A DNA stretch of 63,274 nucleotides, counting the filler, from Choristocarpus tenellus KU-1152 (lineage: Eukaryota > Protista > Phaeophyceae), in NCBI GenBank assembly GCA_964200185.2. It is 8 parts of 8 records of this genome, joined end to end, with 100 filler letters (N's around TTAATTAATTAA, not from the genome) between each part and the next. Parts side by side here need not be neighbours in the genome. Positions count along the whole stretch, not along the records: positions 21,365 to 45,094 come from CAXNAD020000237.1; 7 more parts are not named here. The stretch is one strand, 5' to 3'. Below the pieces are notes generated by a model. That model was not told where the DNA came from. It worked only from the letters and a program-made list of their open reading frames with translations, and made no database searches. The position numbers and the translations under genes were made by a program. This document shows, piece by piece, positions 26,058 to 39,182 of this stretch; position 1 is the first letter of the stretch, and every line of letters starts with the position of its first letter.

Positions 26058-29000
26058 ATGATGGTAAGGAGTCGAGGGAGGTGAGGTTGTACAAAAGTTG
26101 GGCTCGCTGTAGGCCAAAACGTAACTGATGTCTGGGGTGAGTACCTCAAAGGTTCATACGAAGGGTGTTGTTTGGATCTCGCGCAATTCGAGACTTGATT
26201 TGAGAATGGATGGACACACCAGGTCGTTGCTTTCCTTGAGTCAACTCATCCTCGTCATCTCTTCAACTGTGCAGACACAGACAAGCAATACCATAGAACC
26301 CATCCTAACCTCCCCTACGTGGCAATGATGATGTATAATGACAGGATAAGGAGAGAGAGAAGGAGAAGAGTGCCGTGGCCGTCAAGTCGCCAGAAGTGAC
26401 AGAGGAGCACCCTTTGCAGACAGGATGGAGCTTCTGGTGCGTTGATATTGGCGTCGGCTAAGCCTTGTCAGTGAAGCCGTCTTCTACATAGATGCTTTTG
26501 AACACTTTGGGTCACCACTCACACAGACGATATCAAGGGTACAGTCGACTCCCAAGTCAATCGAAAGGAACGTCAACTCCCGCCTCAGGGATGGAGGTAG
26601 TAATAGACCGCATCTGCTGTTGATGTCCTGTCGTTGTCGAAGACGGGTTGCAGGCGCTATGGGGGAAACTGTTGTCTGCTTCATTTCCATTTTCTGGGAT
26701 TAATTTCATTGCAATGGTTTCCAAGGTCCAGTATGCCTACATGAAGTGTGCTGGTGTCATTTTGCACGTTGGACATTGAGCACTGTTAACTCCCCCCAGA
26801 TGCATCTCTGGAAAGTAACGTACTTTTCGTTTTGACCTATCCTTCGACACTGCCGCTACTGTTACTGATTGGTATCGCAGGTATGACAAAAAGATGCCTA
26901 AGAGACAGCAGGACCAAAACACCTATCAGGCGTCCCTACATAAGGTCTGTCACTAGCACCACTATTGCATCAAGGGACAGACTCAGTCGAAACTATATCA
27001 AAGCATAGTCAATACTGCTAACCATGGAATGTTTCAGGTGCTATTGAGTAGAGGGGGGGTAGAGAGCAAATTCTATCATTCATGGTACTCTTACAACAGC
27101 TCTTGGAGCCGACAAGGTGTGCTGAATGTGTATGATTTGTTGTAGAACTATGTTCAGTATCAACAATATTTTCGTTGTTTTGCTGGATCTAGTCGTGTTA
27201 ATCAGTCAGTACCTCTGGCACATTGGGGATACAAATGAGAACATTGTGCCACAGACATGGACACAAGGTTGTGAGTATGATTCTGTCAATAGGTCCTATC
27301 TAGTTTGGAATTATATCCTTGGAGTAGACATCAAGTGCAGGGTTGGACACACGTTTGTTGCAAGTTGGGTTACAATAGTGAGATTAGTGCAACAAGGAAA
27401 CATCTAATTGTAAAAGCTTGCCTCATTGTTCAGACTGACCTCACACACCCCTCTATCGTTGATATATCTCGCATTTCCCCTTGTACTTTGTAGTATTTTG
27501 AAGTGTTGTAGTGTTGTGCATTTGTGCTTAGGGGGTGGAAGTATTTGACATGCCCTGTGAATTTCACCAATACTTGACATGTATTGATTGTATATGGCAG
27601 GCTGGGACCTTCACCACTGTTGAGGGTTTCTGGAAGAATTATGTCCACCTGAAGCGGCCCTCTGCAATGGACACTAATGTCAATGTGTACCTGTTTAGAG
27701 ATGGCGAGAGACATGTTCCAATGTGGGAGGTATGCTCATAGTCCCCCTTTGCCATAGGACATGTGTCCTCCAACTCCTCTTCCCAGCTATCAAAGCTGTG
27801 TGATCTCTTGTAGGAGACGAGAGCCAATAAACCTCTGCTCTGAACGGTTTACTATGCACAAGTTGGTTCTTGAGTTTGTTGTTCTTGTTACAAAGTACCT
27901 TGATTGCACAATGGTACCTATATTTAGGGTTAGGGGACTTTCTCTTCCCAACCCAGTTTAGTTATCAACAAACTGGCATATGCAGTAGAATCGTTTGGGA
28001 CTTACTCATTTGGTACTACCATAGTGAGGTATGTTTTCTATGATGTGAGGGTGTATATGAGGGTGTTCCCTGCCCATGGGAGACACGCAAGGTTGCACAT
28101 GAGGCATTCAAAGCTCTGTACAACACTAAAAAGTATGTTGGTACTTTGGGGGGAGGCATGTGCCTGTGCAGAGGCACATTAAATTGGAGGTATGACAACA
28201 ATCGCCAATGTGCTCAATGCAGTCTTGCTGCTGGATGCTGTACCCTTGTGCATTTGAATAATCTATTACTGTTGACCATGTACATTTTCTTGTTGGTGAG
28301 ACTGTGCATTTATTTTTGTATTTTATCATTTTTATTTTTATTGCACTCTGTAGTGCAAACCAACAAACCATTGAAGAGTGCTTTCAAGGCCTGGATTGTG
28401 AAGGTGATAACCTGTACCACTCCTTTTTGTGCTGACCCTACTTTGTTTGGTAGTCCTACCCCAACGGGGGATGCTGGATACTACGTATTCGCAAGAAAGC
28501 TGGCCAATCAAACACAAGCGTGCTGGGCAAAATGTGGCAGGTAACAACCACCATGACTCTGCAATTGCACATTCTCTCTCCTTACAGAATTGATCTAATT
28601 GGTCCAACCATCCATGACCACAGATGTGTATTTGGATTTGATTTCCCTGTTAGATTGGTTTCAGGGTGTGACTGGGATTGACCTAGGCATTTTGCTGATT
28701 GGTTTGGGTTCTGCCGTTGATAATATAATAATAATAATAATATACGATAATGCTTTTTTTTCTTACAAGATATTCATGTCGTTTATGTCGCGCACCTGTG
28801 ATGAGCAAAGAAGAGCTTCAAGCTATTCAAATTGATCATTCAAATCTGACGATGTTCTGAGTGGTGTTGTATTGCTGCAAATGGTCTGCTACAGATAGTC
28901 TCATTTGTTAACAACTCCGCATCACGCAATGCTGTTTATGAGACAACAAGTTTGCTTCAGGAGAGAGGCAGGACAACTGACTTGGTGATCTTTCCTCACA

Positions 29001-29775
29001 TCATTCCTCATGTTGCTTTGTGTGCTGCACAAGTAACCAGTCTATGATAGTGCTATGGGAAATGCTGTATTTCCACACCTTGCTTCCCTGTTTGATGTTG
29101 CCGTGCTGGTTGTGAAGCCCTTCTCACTAAGTGTGGTCTTGTGGTAGGGCTCTAAGCATGTGTACAGCTCTTCATCATTAATAGCAACATGTAGTTATTT
29201 TTTTGGTTTTTCCACTATTTGTCAGTTATCTTTTTATTTTTTGTCGTGACAGGACCTGGTGTTTGCGGCAATTGGTGAGATCTTTGAGGAGCCAAATGTG
29301 GTGGGCATTGGCATGGCCATTCGGTCCAGGGAAGACCTTCTATCTGTCTGGAATGAGGATAACACCAATGACCAGGTAATTCCAGTATGATCTACCGTTG
29401 TGGATCTGTATTTGTGGTGCTATCTTGGGGATGAATTAAGTTAAGGCTAGTTGTTGTGGTATTCAATTCTGTCCTCTCTTTATTTCCATCCAATTCTTTG
29501 GGGGGTTGTTATTCCTTGTACTTAGTTACATCAACCTCTTTTGGAGGTAGCTGGTTTATAATGTATGAGTTATGTCTGATCTGTATGTTACTGTTTAGGC
29601 TGCTTATGTGGAACCTAGTTTTGTATACTCGCCATTCCCCTTAACTTAAGTGCATTACTCTAACCCTATATTCTTGTAGCACAATAATTGGACAGTTGGG
29701 GCTAGGGTAGTTGTAACTTGTATTCCTGTTGGAGTACAGACTACTCAATGTGATTAAGTAAACAAAGGACATTAT

Positions 29776-29812
<37 letters not shown>

Positions 29813-31411
29813 CTGCGGTTGTACCATCACATCACAGGCAAGGCTTCAAGTTTGTAGGTATTCAGGTGGAATAATCAATATTGCACCTTGAGTGAATTAA
29901 GTGTGTGAATGAGACAATTGTTTGGTGTTGAGCCCATACACTGTAGTGATTAACTGAAGTTGAAGTGCAGGACCATGCACTGATGGTTGTGTTGATAATA
30001 GTTGCAATATCTTATGATGCACTGGTCGCCTTGCTGCATGTCCTTTCCCCATGTAAATGTTGCATTTGACCTAGGTACGGTTCCATATTGGTGAACGACT
30101 GAAGCAGATACTGGACCTGGAGCCATCTACAATGATTGAGTACAAGTATCACAAGACAGCCATGAGAGACATGTCCACATTCAGGTATAATCTAATTCAC
30201 AACATCACTAAAGTGCTCCACCCACTTTGCAGGCATTCCCATTCTGACTTTTGTCCTCCAGAGTTGATCTGGTTAGGAATGTAGCTCTGAGTTTCAAGAT
30301 ATTATCGATCACTCTACTTCAATGCCATTTTTTTTCTTTGGACAGGTATATTTTAAACCCTTGAAAGGTCCTACGTAGCCTGTTTTGTGCAGGGAATCCA
30401 TCTATCACCACCTCATACACTCACTCATCTTGGATAAGATATTTAAACCAGATTTGAAGTAGTTTTCACTGGGATGTTGATACAGCCTCCTTCATGATTC
30501 GGTTTATGACGAGCCTGGAGCAATAAGCACAACCCATACCAGATTGTTTCAAAATACCCAAACCTCATAGTTAAATCTGACTTTGCATCATTGATTAGAG
30601 TACTTTTTGATGAGTACTTGGGGTGTTGAACTTACCTATTTGACATCAGTGGAAATATTAATACCAGAACATCTTGTTTGAGTGATAATTGTGATTCAAT
30701 GATGAGATCGGTAGTGCATTTTATAATAAATAATAAACACAATTTGTTTTTACGCTACTATGTATGACTTGGAATTAACAGTGGAAGATGACTATACAAG
30801 TCCATTTCAAGAGCAATAGGTGTATGTTGAACCTTTCATGCCGATTCATCAAAAAACATTCATGAAGTGGTGAACTTCTTTATTATGTACAATCTTACTA
30901 AATTCACATGATATTACAACATTGAAATTAATATAAAATCTGTAAACGTATTTACCATGTCAAGATATGGAGATATACTGAGTTTTGTACTTGGAGTTTT
31001 TGCTGATGGTATTTACAAGCATTTCTCTTATTCCACCCAACCTAACACAATTTTGGGGAGTAACAAGGTTGTGTGTCTATCTTATTCTGAATGGTGTTCA
31101 TGGTAATGTCCTTGTTCTGTAAATAGAACTAGCCACACCACAACCTACTTGTGATATTACAGCAGTATTTACTGTTCCCACAACACTACTGTTTTATGTT
31201 CATTTTGTATTATCCCTCTCAAGTACTAAGAATTCTTTGACTAACTGCAGTGTCTGTATAGTTTTGTTTTAATAGGACAGGAACCACATTTTGGAGCAAG
31301 GCTCTTTCCATTGTTGCAACACCAACCTCAAGCCCAACTTCCCTCCACCTGTTCATGTCTTCCAGGAATGCTCAGCCATACGTGTTTGCAGTCACACAGG
31401 GGCAGGGATAG
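26058..31411 (+). CDS. eIF4E: eIF4E-family cap-binding protein, 4EHP/nCBP-like (218 aa)
   Basis: Eight in-phase GT-AG exons: 26058-26063, 26345-26436, 26881-26944, 27601-27729, 28454-28540, 29253-29375, 30075-30184, 31366-31411. Motifs HPLQTGWSFWYD, TVEGFW, PMWE, NGGCW, AIGE, LSVWN, IEYKYH. The 2-codon first exon is inferred. Confidence 0.93.
29776..29812. repeat. (GTA)n microsatellite in an eIF4E intron
   Basis: About 12 perfect units. Confidence 0.95.
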
Positions 31412-32242
31412 CTTCAACTCCACATAGGAAGGAATAGAACTTCAGTGTCATAAGACAGTGAAAACATAATGACAACTGATCTACTAAAATCGTAAAACCC
31501 AAACTTTTTACTACTTACTGTTTTTGTTCCTATCTATCACATGAGTTTGCACACATGGTACTTTAGGCGCGATTCCTGCAGGGTTATCAGACCATTTGAC
31601 CCAACTACTCCAAATATTGGACTGCATTAACACCTTGATATGATAGATATACCACATGAATGTCGAAATAATATTATTTGTCAACATGTTTAATAGGAGT
31701 TACTGTAAGAACAGTGGTCATACTTTATATTATTAGTCTCATATCTTGTGTTATGTGTCAGATACTTGACACACTAATAGTGGGACTTATGTATCAATCA
31801 ACCAGTGAGGCACTACTGCACAGCTATGAAGAGTCCGGCACAAGGACATGTCCTGCTTCATGGCATGTAGGTGATTCCACTATAGAGGCTATTTTTTCTA
31901 AATGAAACAAGACGAATGGTACCATGGAAAGAACTGATGAACATACCCTCTAAACATGAGGGTGCAGTGCAGTCAGTCCTCAATTTCACCCTTTGTGCAC
32001 AAATGCCAACTACTATTTGAAAGCTTCTACAACATGTAGATAGAAAGATACACCAACACAGTCTCATAACACCTTGTACTATCAGTAGATACTACTAGCA
32101 TATATATATAGTAGATAGTTTTCCCCCTCTCTACCTTATCCTCTTAGGTAATGGTGGGGAGGCCATAACAGCTTTCAACTCCAACTATATGTATGATGTA
32201 TGATGTATGACACATTTTCACAGCCTCCCGTTACTACACCCA

Positions 32243-35200
32243 TCAAATGAGCTTCTTTGACCTGTTGGGAATGGATAAGAGAGTGATGTTTGCATTGAGT
32301 AACACAAGAACAGTTAGAATCTAGAAAGCAATGCTACCTACATTTTGGTGATTTTGCTATTTAGTTATATATATAATGTATGCTTAGAAAATATTGTATT
32401 GGTGAGGTTAATAACTCCAAACAAGAGGTTCATTTGATGCAATAGAAACTGCACAAGTCAAGCTTTGAAGGAGGAGATTCAATCATCATGAGTTGCTTCC
32501 ATGCTACCTTGTATACACAACTATGTCCACACTAAGAACAATAATTAATGAAGTCAGCCCCAACAACTAATACCTGGACGTACTGATACTAGTACCATAA
32601 TAGTACAGAGTAGACATGCACGGTACACCATTGGGAGAGGTCACTGTTGATACTACTCTAATGTAACAAAAATAGTGTTGTATTGAAACTGCCATTACAT
32701 TCTCAACAGTGTAGAAACAGTATCCAGAACTCTCAACTCTTGCTCCATTTAACATTCAACATCGGATATCACAAAAGAAAAATCGACCCTTAGACTCCAG
32801 GCATGGATAGCAAACACATCCTTCAGAATTCTTGGTGGGAACAGTCACATCATAAGCCTCAAATACATTTTCAACAAGGAGTTCTATTGATAACTACAAC
32901 ATACCTATACTAGAACAAGTTCCAAGGAGGGCACTGCCAAATAGGTAGTGTTCTCATCCAAGAACATTACACATTGTAGTTGTTTGTTTGATAATCAACA
33001 TAATCAAGAGACTATTATTTACAATGAATACAACCAATAGCAACCAGCACTAAAAACTGACACCTGTACTACATAATCCTCTGGAGTATCAACTATTGCC
33101 AACATCTGGTCATTAATACCTCAACCCCTATACTGAGAAACAACACTACACTTCACTACCTAAAAGTAACTGTCAGTAAGAGCCATCACAGAGTTGGGAT
33201 ACACACTACTAAGATAGAGTGTTCAATACATTTTCAAGGTCTAGGGTTGTTAGAGCAAACACAAAAGTGGGAAATGGGAAAGTAGGAAGTAGATAGTAGA
33301 AAGTAACTAAACGACCAACAGGCCAAGAAGAGCTAGTCTCACATTCTCATCAAATCTTCTCACTCAATGGTCGTGGGTACAGGTTTATTGATAACATCAT
33401 CACATCACCAGACACCTTTCACATGAACCTACCTACATACATATATAAAGAGACTCACGAAATAACTTTGTCAATCCTAAGTGGATCTAACAAAGGTAAG
33501 GCACATAATTTGACTCTTAGTACCTTTAAAAGGAAAGTCATAGATATGTAAGAGAGAGGTAACATGACAACAACTCCAAACAAAAGCTTCAAGTCACAAT
33601 TTTGATCACATCAAACACTCCCTTTAACAGCCAGCACCTTTCCTGACTATGAAGACAATATCCCAACCCTATTATTACACTAAGACCATGATATAATATT
33701 AAAGTCTAAATAGTACAAAATTACAAGCATTGTGAAGCAATTAAATCCTCCACCACTAACTACATTAATTGACAAGTACAGTACTATCAATACATCACTA
33801 TTGAGACTAATATTAATACTATCAATTCTATCCGGAAGTATTATTTCTACTATCCATAGGTACTATTAATACATCCATAGGTACTATTTCTACTATCCAT
33901 AGGTACTATTAATACATCCATAGCATTAACAAACTGACTCGCCTGAAGAACTTGTTCAGGAGGACCAGCTGCCATGCACTGACAGAGAGCAGGATCACCA
34001 CAGTGAAAATTGAAAACAATGTTATACGGGAATTGAGGGTATCCCCCATCTTCTTCAGGTCCATCTCGTTTGCTATAGAATTTTGCATGTCCTTGTCAAT
34101 ACTCTGTGCTGCATCCTGAGGAAATTGTGAAATATAGCAACACACACACCAAATATGCAATAATAGAACAATAGGACCATCAACAGGATCAAAACCACTT
34201 TGCCACCATCCTATGGGATATACAGTATGCATAATGCGATAGCACAGCCTTTTCCCTTAGATGCTACAGACCAAGATTGGTTGTTTTGTTTGGTTTGCCC
34301 GTTTGAGAGCTGGTTGCTTTATACCATTCATGGGGACATTACACTTTCCACACAAATTTGTCAACAGCGGGCACTGTATTTTCAAAACACTGTATTTTCA
34401 AAATTTATGAGTTTTCATATTTGGAATATAGTTGAGTCACACTAACACACAACAAATATCACCAGCAATAGTAGTAGTAATAATAATAATAAATAATAAT
34501 AATCCTCGCGGTAATAATAATAAATAATAATAAAACAGAAAGTCACTTACTGTTGTAGAATGTAGTAACCTCTCCAATGGCTGCATGTATTCCTTCTTCA
34601 CTTGGGGAACAATGTCTTCCTTCACCCCAGAAGTCTCACTAAACTGTTACATACCAAACAAATACATGTCAGTGAGAATAGTTATCAGTCTTGCTATAGA
34701 AGTGCAGCACTAAACATTCAAGTAATACCTAACTAAACATTCAAGTAATACCTAACTAAACATTCAAGTAATACCTAACTAAATATTCAAGTAATACCTA
34801 ACTAAATATTCAAGTAATACCTAACTAAATATTAAAGGAATACCTATCTAAATATTCAAGTAATACCTAACTAAAAAATGCAGTTAGCAGTGACAACCTA
34901 AAGGTATAGCAAAAACAAAATTGGCTCAAAATCTTCAACGTACTTCATCAGAATCAAAAGTAAAGTGAATCAAAGAAAAGTTAATCAATTAAATCACTCA
35001 AAGCACCAAGTGCTACAAACATGTGGACATGCAAGGACAAATTACCAGGTCTTTTCATCAAGACAGGACAATGACAACGGACCAGTTCATAAACCAGCCT
35101 GGTTCCAATATCCTTGAACGTGCCCAGATCAGGTACAGTCCACGGGTCATAGAGTTTTCAATATTTTCTGAATTGTCTAGACCAGGTAAACCAAGAATTG

Positions 35201-36406
35201 GTACCTTTACAGTGTACCTCTACTGTCTGTGGTTCATAAAACTTTCCAACATCATTCCAACATCCTATTCCAACATGTTCAAATAGGTTGTCAGAGACTG
35301 CAACGACTAACCATTCTAGACTGTAACCATGTTTGATATTGCTCCAAATGCTTACCTCTTTGCAATTGGTTAAATAATTTCTTAAATATTGGACGAAATG
35401 CTGTTTCGCTATGAACTTGATCAATTATATTCCTCATTCCCTGGTATGTCGGCAAGTTTTCAACTGTAAACATGCTACGTAGGTTATTACGTTGCTGTCT
35501 CTTCTCCATACTTCTTTGAAATTCTAGTAGAGATGGAGATTGTAACCACCAGGCCACGGGGCTGGCCATCAGTTGTTTTTTAAAATGTCCAAGATTTGTC
35601 ACAGAAGTTTTATTCACACCATGGTACAATGGTACAATATAGTACAGTCTATTGTTAAATATACTGTTCTAGTACAATACAGTACAGTCTACTGTTAAAT
35701 ATAATATTTGGTACAATACTGTACAGTCTATTGTACAATATACTGCTTGGTACAGTGACAATAAAAAAGTGTGGTTACAGTGGGGTCTCCACCTAAAAGT
35801 AAAAATAACTTGTACAGTACCACAACAGTCTGTCAAGATTGTCAACACCACAATATACTATTTGGTACAATACAGTACCACAACAGTCTGTCAACATTGT
35901 CAACACGGTTTTTCAATATACTACAGGATTTACACGGTTTTTCACACATTTGATATTTGTACTGTATGGTTCAGGTGGTACTGATGGTTCAGGTGGTACT
36001 GATGGTTCCACAACTTTATTACAGAGCCCTCAAATCTAGTGCTAGACATGCCCTAATGAAGCTTCATCCTACTCAATAAATCAAAGGCAAATGATTGACA
36101 TATAAAATAGAGGGTTAGGGATAGGGTTAGGGTTAGGGTTAGATGCAATTGAATATTTTCAGGACTTTGTGTCAGGACAGTCAGTTAGGATGACTGAGGG
36201 TCAGGCTATGGCTAGCATATGTTGAAACACTTGACGCCCATAGATAGGACATGTTACAATCAACTGATACCACTGGTCATGTTCAAATACTTATGGCCAC
36301 AGTTAAGAAGTGTATTTTACTGGACTGGTCTTAGTAAGAGGAGCTGGCTTGGCTCAGTCAAAAAATGTCCCAAAATATCCCAAAAGATATGTGGCAATGA
36401 CTGAGG

Positions 36407-36443
<37 letters not shown>

Positions 36444-39182
36444 GTGCGATATACTTCAGGATTCTAACCCTAACCCTAACCCTAATTGGTAACATAACAA
36501 TGCCGTAACATGCATTCAATTAAAATATATATATATATATATATCGTTGCCATCATTTGGTGATATTTCAATGGTACTCACTAAAGCACAGAGGTGTCTA
36601 CATCTATCACTGCACCGTACTGATGTGTCCATATATGTCTATAAAATTATGAATGTATATTCTTGGTGTGCTGTATGTCAAATGAAATTTTAAATTTTGA
36701 TTGGCTGTACCTCTCATGAATTTTGATTTTCTTCAATTTTGATCTTGTTAATTTTGAACTTGTTAATTTGGATTTTATGGATTCAAACTCCATCTACACC
36801 ATAATTTGTTTTCATGGAAATGTGGTTTTGTATCATTTTGAAGTCCACTTGTGCAGCACTGCAGATGGTATACCAGAGGTCATCACAATGCACACATTTG
36901 GAAAACAAAACAAAACAAAACAAAACAAAACCCTAACCCAATATTTTCAATTTCGTGGTAGTTGTGAAAATGCATGTCTTGGGCAATCTTGTGTACTGGT
37001 CAAACAATAAATATCACCAACATTCAGTGAGCATTTACCTCCCAAAGTCAGCTGTTGATTCACAATCCAGACTTCACATGTATATTAATATGAAAATATT
37101 AATAAAAATCAAAAACCCTGCACCATGTGCCTCCAGCTCTTGCAACATTGTTGGCAATAACCATATGTGCATAACAACCACAACACATGATAAGCAGGTA
37201 ACTTTGAGGATTGAAGTTGCCCTCCTGATAAATCTTCTCACATGACATCATTTCTCCTCCAACAGTTGTCCCCTAACAGTGTTTGGTTTGCCCATTGCAC
37301 CAACCACTAAACAGAATACTTCGAACCATGTATCATGACAACATCTCCAACCTCCAATCATCCTTCATCCATCATCCATCAACATCCTGGAGAAAAGTAA
37401 CCTTTGGAAGTTAACGAATATCTATACTTCCCGCCCATTGGTGCCTTAACCTCTGTATCATACCACCACATACATCAAACTATTCCACACATTCATAAGG
37501 TTGGTACTGATTTAGGTTGTACCAATGCAGGTTGGTACTGAGATACTACCTCGACAACAAAATATTATTATTCTTATATATATATTCTTGTCAAGTACGC
37601 TATTCTTGTACTCATATTTGGTAAAAGACAGACAGCACTACTAATGCACATGGTCTATAAGGTGATACAAGGTGACATCAATAACTAAAAAAAAAAAAAA
37701 TTGCACTTGTGAACATTGAGGTAAGAAGTAGGGATTGAAAACATTATAGTCCCAGATAACCTTGATGTGCTTCAGTATGTGGGATATCCCATGCTTGGAA
37801 TGAACTGTGTGTCATTTCCGTTGAATCTCGTAAAAATATACTATTTGAAGTATACTATTTTTAATACAAACAGAAAAGAGGGTAATTTTAATCTTAGGCT
37901 AGCAGGAAGAGGCCACAGACTTTCATTTGCCAATCACACCACCGAATGAGTTTGAGATGGATCAACAGGAGCCAAGGACATCAACAGAAACATAGACTTG
38001 ATGCAAGTACTGCACACATGGAAGCAGGAGGCATTCGGAATGCAGGACAAATCCACCTGCTTGAAATAACCAGGGCTCTCATGTAGCTGTTCCACTTCAT
38101 AGGCAGCAAAAGCGCAACACACGACCAATCACACCTTCACCATGTAATGGTATGTGCAGTCATTGTTCGAGACAAAAGGGGGTGACACTCACCTCCACCC
38201 TAGTCTTTGAATCCTTGGCCCTGTTCGTAAAGCAAATCTCGTAGGAGCCCCCTGCATTTGTTTTTACATTGTAGGTCTCCGACGTCTCAGTAAGCCTCTT
38301 ATTAAGAAAATTTTTGCGGTCAGGTCCTTTTACTTGCACCCATATATTGGACTTAGGCGGCTTGCCGTTTGACCTAAGCATAGCATCACGTGACCCCAGA
38401 AGGTCCGGAAGTACAAAGTGAGTCGTGTACGTCCACCATAAACGAAGTATCGACCACAAAAGCAAAAAAGAGAGGAGAATATCAATCAATCTGGTCTCAG
38501 AGCAGTACAACGTTTCGTGAATAGAAAAGAGATGAGTTTGAGGCTGAGTTCGCATCTCTGAAGCACAGATTGAGTACAAACAAACCACCTCCACTAAGGG
38601 GGCTCATACATTGCTTCCTTCAGTGGGCAATCCAGTCAACTATAATAGTTGGTGGGGTACGAGAAACTCTAGAATTCTCAAGGAGCACTGATATTGCACG
38701 TTGAGATTCGCGATAACTGGGGAGAGTCGTTTTGTGTGAGAGATATTTGCTTGTCTACTTATTCTCTTGAAAGTGGGATATAGTTGCAAAGGTGCAAAGG
38801 CAGGCACATGGGCATCTCCATTTCATCGCAGGTAGCAAAAGCTGAACACAATCCACCAAATACGCTGCTCACTTGACCCACTCACTTTACAACTTTGAAA
38901 GAAAATGTCGTCGGCGTGTCTTCTCGTGCCGCCTCCTTGATGCACCTGCAACACATTGTACATTTACGGGGTTGAAAGGAAGTCGAAGGTACCTTCAATC
39001 TACAAGCTTAGCACGCGCGACCCCACCAGTTTTTTTCCCGAAGTGAAGCCCTACCTCATCTTTCCCCCCTGGACATCGAGCTGAACTCCCCAAACACCAA
39101 TACCCCCCAGAGAGCCTATGCACAGCCAAGTGACCCATGCTAGTCGCCCCCATTGCAATCCTCCTTGGTGGATTTTCCACAT
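32243..39182 (-). CDS. p24/emp24/gp25L (TMED, delta-like) cargo receptor (217 aa)
   Basis: Exons 39182-39055, 38945-38886, 38373-38193, 34643-34551, 34115-33943, 32261-32243. Signal peptide, GOLD cysteines (RCIKE, GSYEICFTN), coiled coil (MQPLE), TM segment ...WQL and C-terminal FFRSKKLI*. The last intron is GC-AG. Confidence 0.92.
33842..33923. repeat. Short local duplication (TATTTCTACTATCCATAGGTACTATTAATACATCCATAG) x2
   Basis: Direct inspection; lies beside the GC donor. Confidence 0.8.
34709..34875. repeat. 23-bp tandem repeat (ACTAAAYATTCAAGTAATACCTA) x ~7
   Basis: Direct inspection; within p24 intron 3. Confidence 0.93.
35330..35575 (-). pseudogene. Fragment resembling the N-terminus of a bacterial IS (IS4-like/ISNCY) DDE transposase
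   Basis: LQSPSLLEFQRSMEKRQQRNNLRSMFTVENLPTYQGMRNIIDQVHSETAFRPIFKKLFNQLQRGKHLEQY matches a recalled bacterial transposase pattern (LQSPS.L.FQR.ME....R.N....F.V..IP....R..LD.V......P.F..LF..LQRGK.LE.Y). Confidence 0.65.
35630..35907. repeat. Diverged ~38-bp (TACAATAYAGTACAGTCTAYTGT) x3 and ~36-bp (TACAGTACCACAACAGTCTGTCAA) x2 repeats
   Basis: Direct inspection; resemble the subterminal repeats of a DNA transposon. Confidence 0.7.
36111..36486. repeat. Short (TTAGGG)n run (36111-36142) and (CCCTAA)n run (36464-36486) in inverted orientation
   Basis: Direct inspection. Confidence 0.75.
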
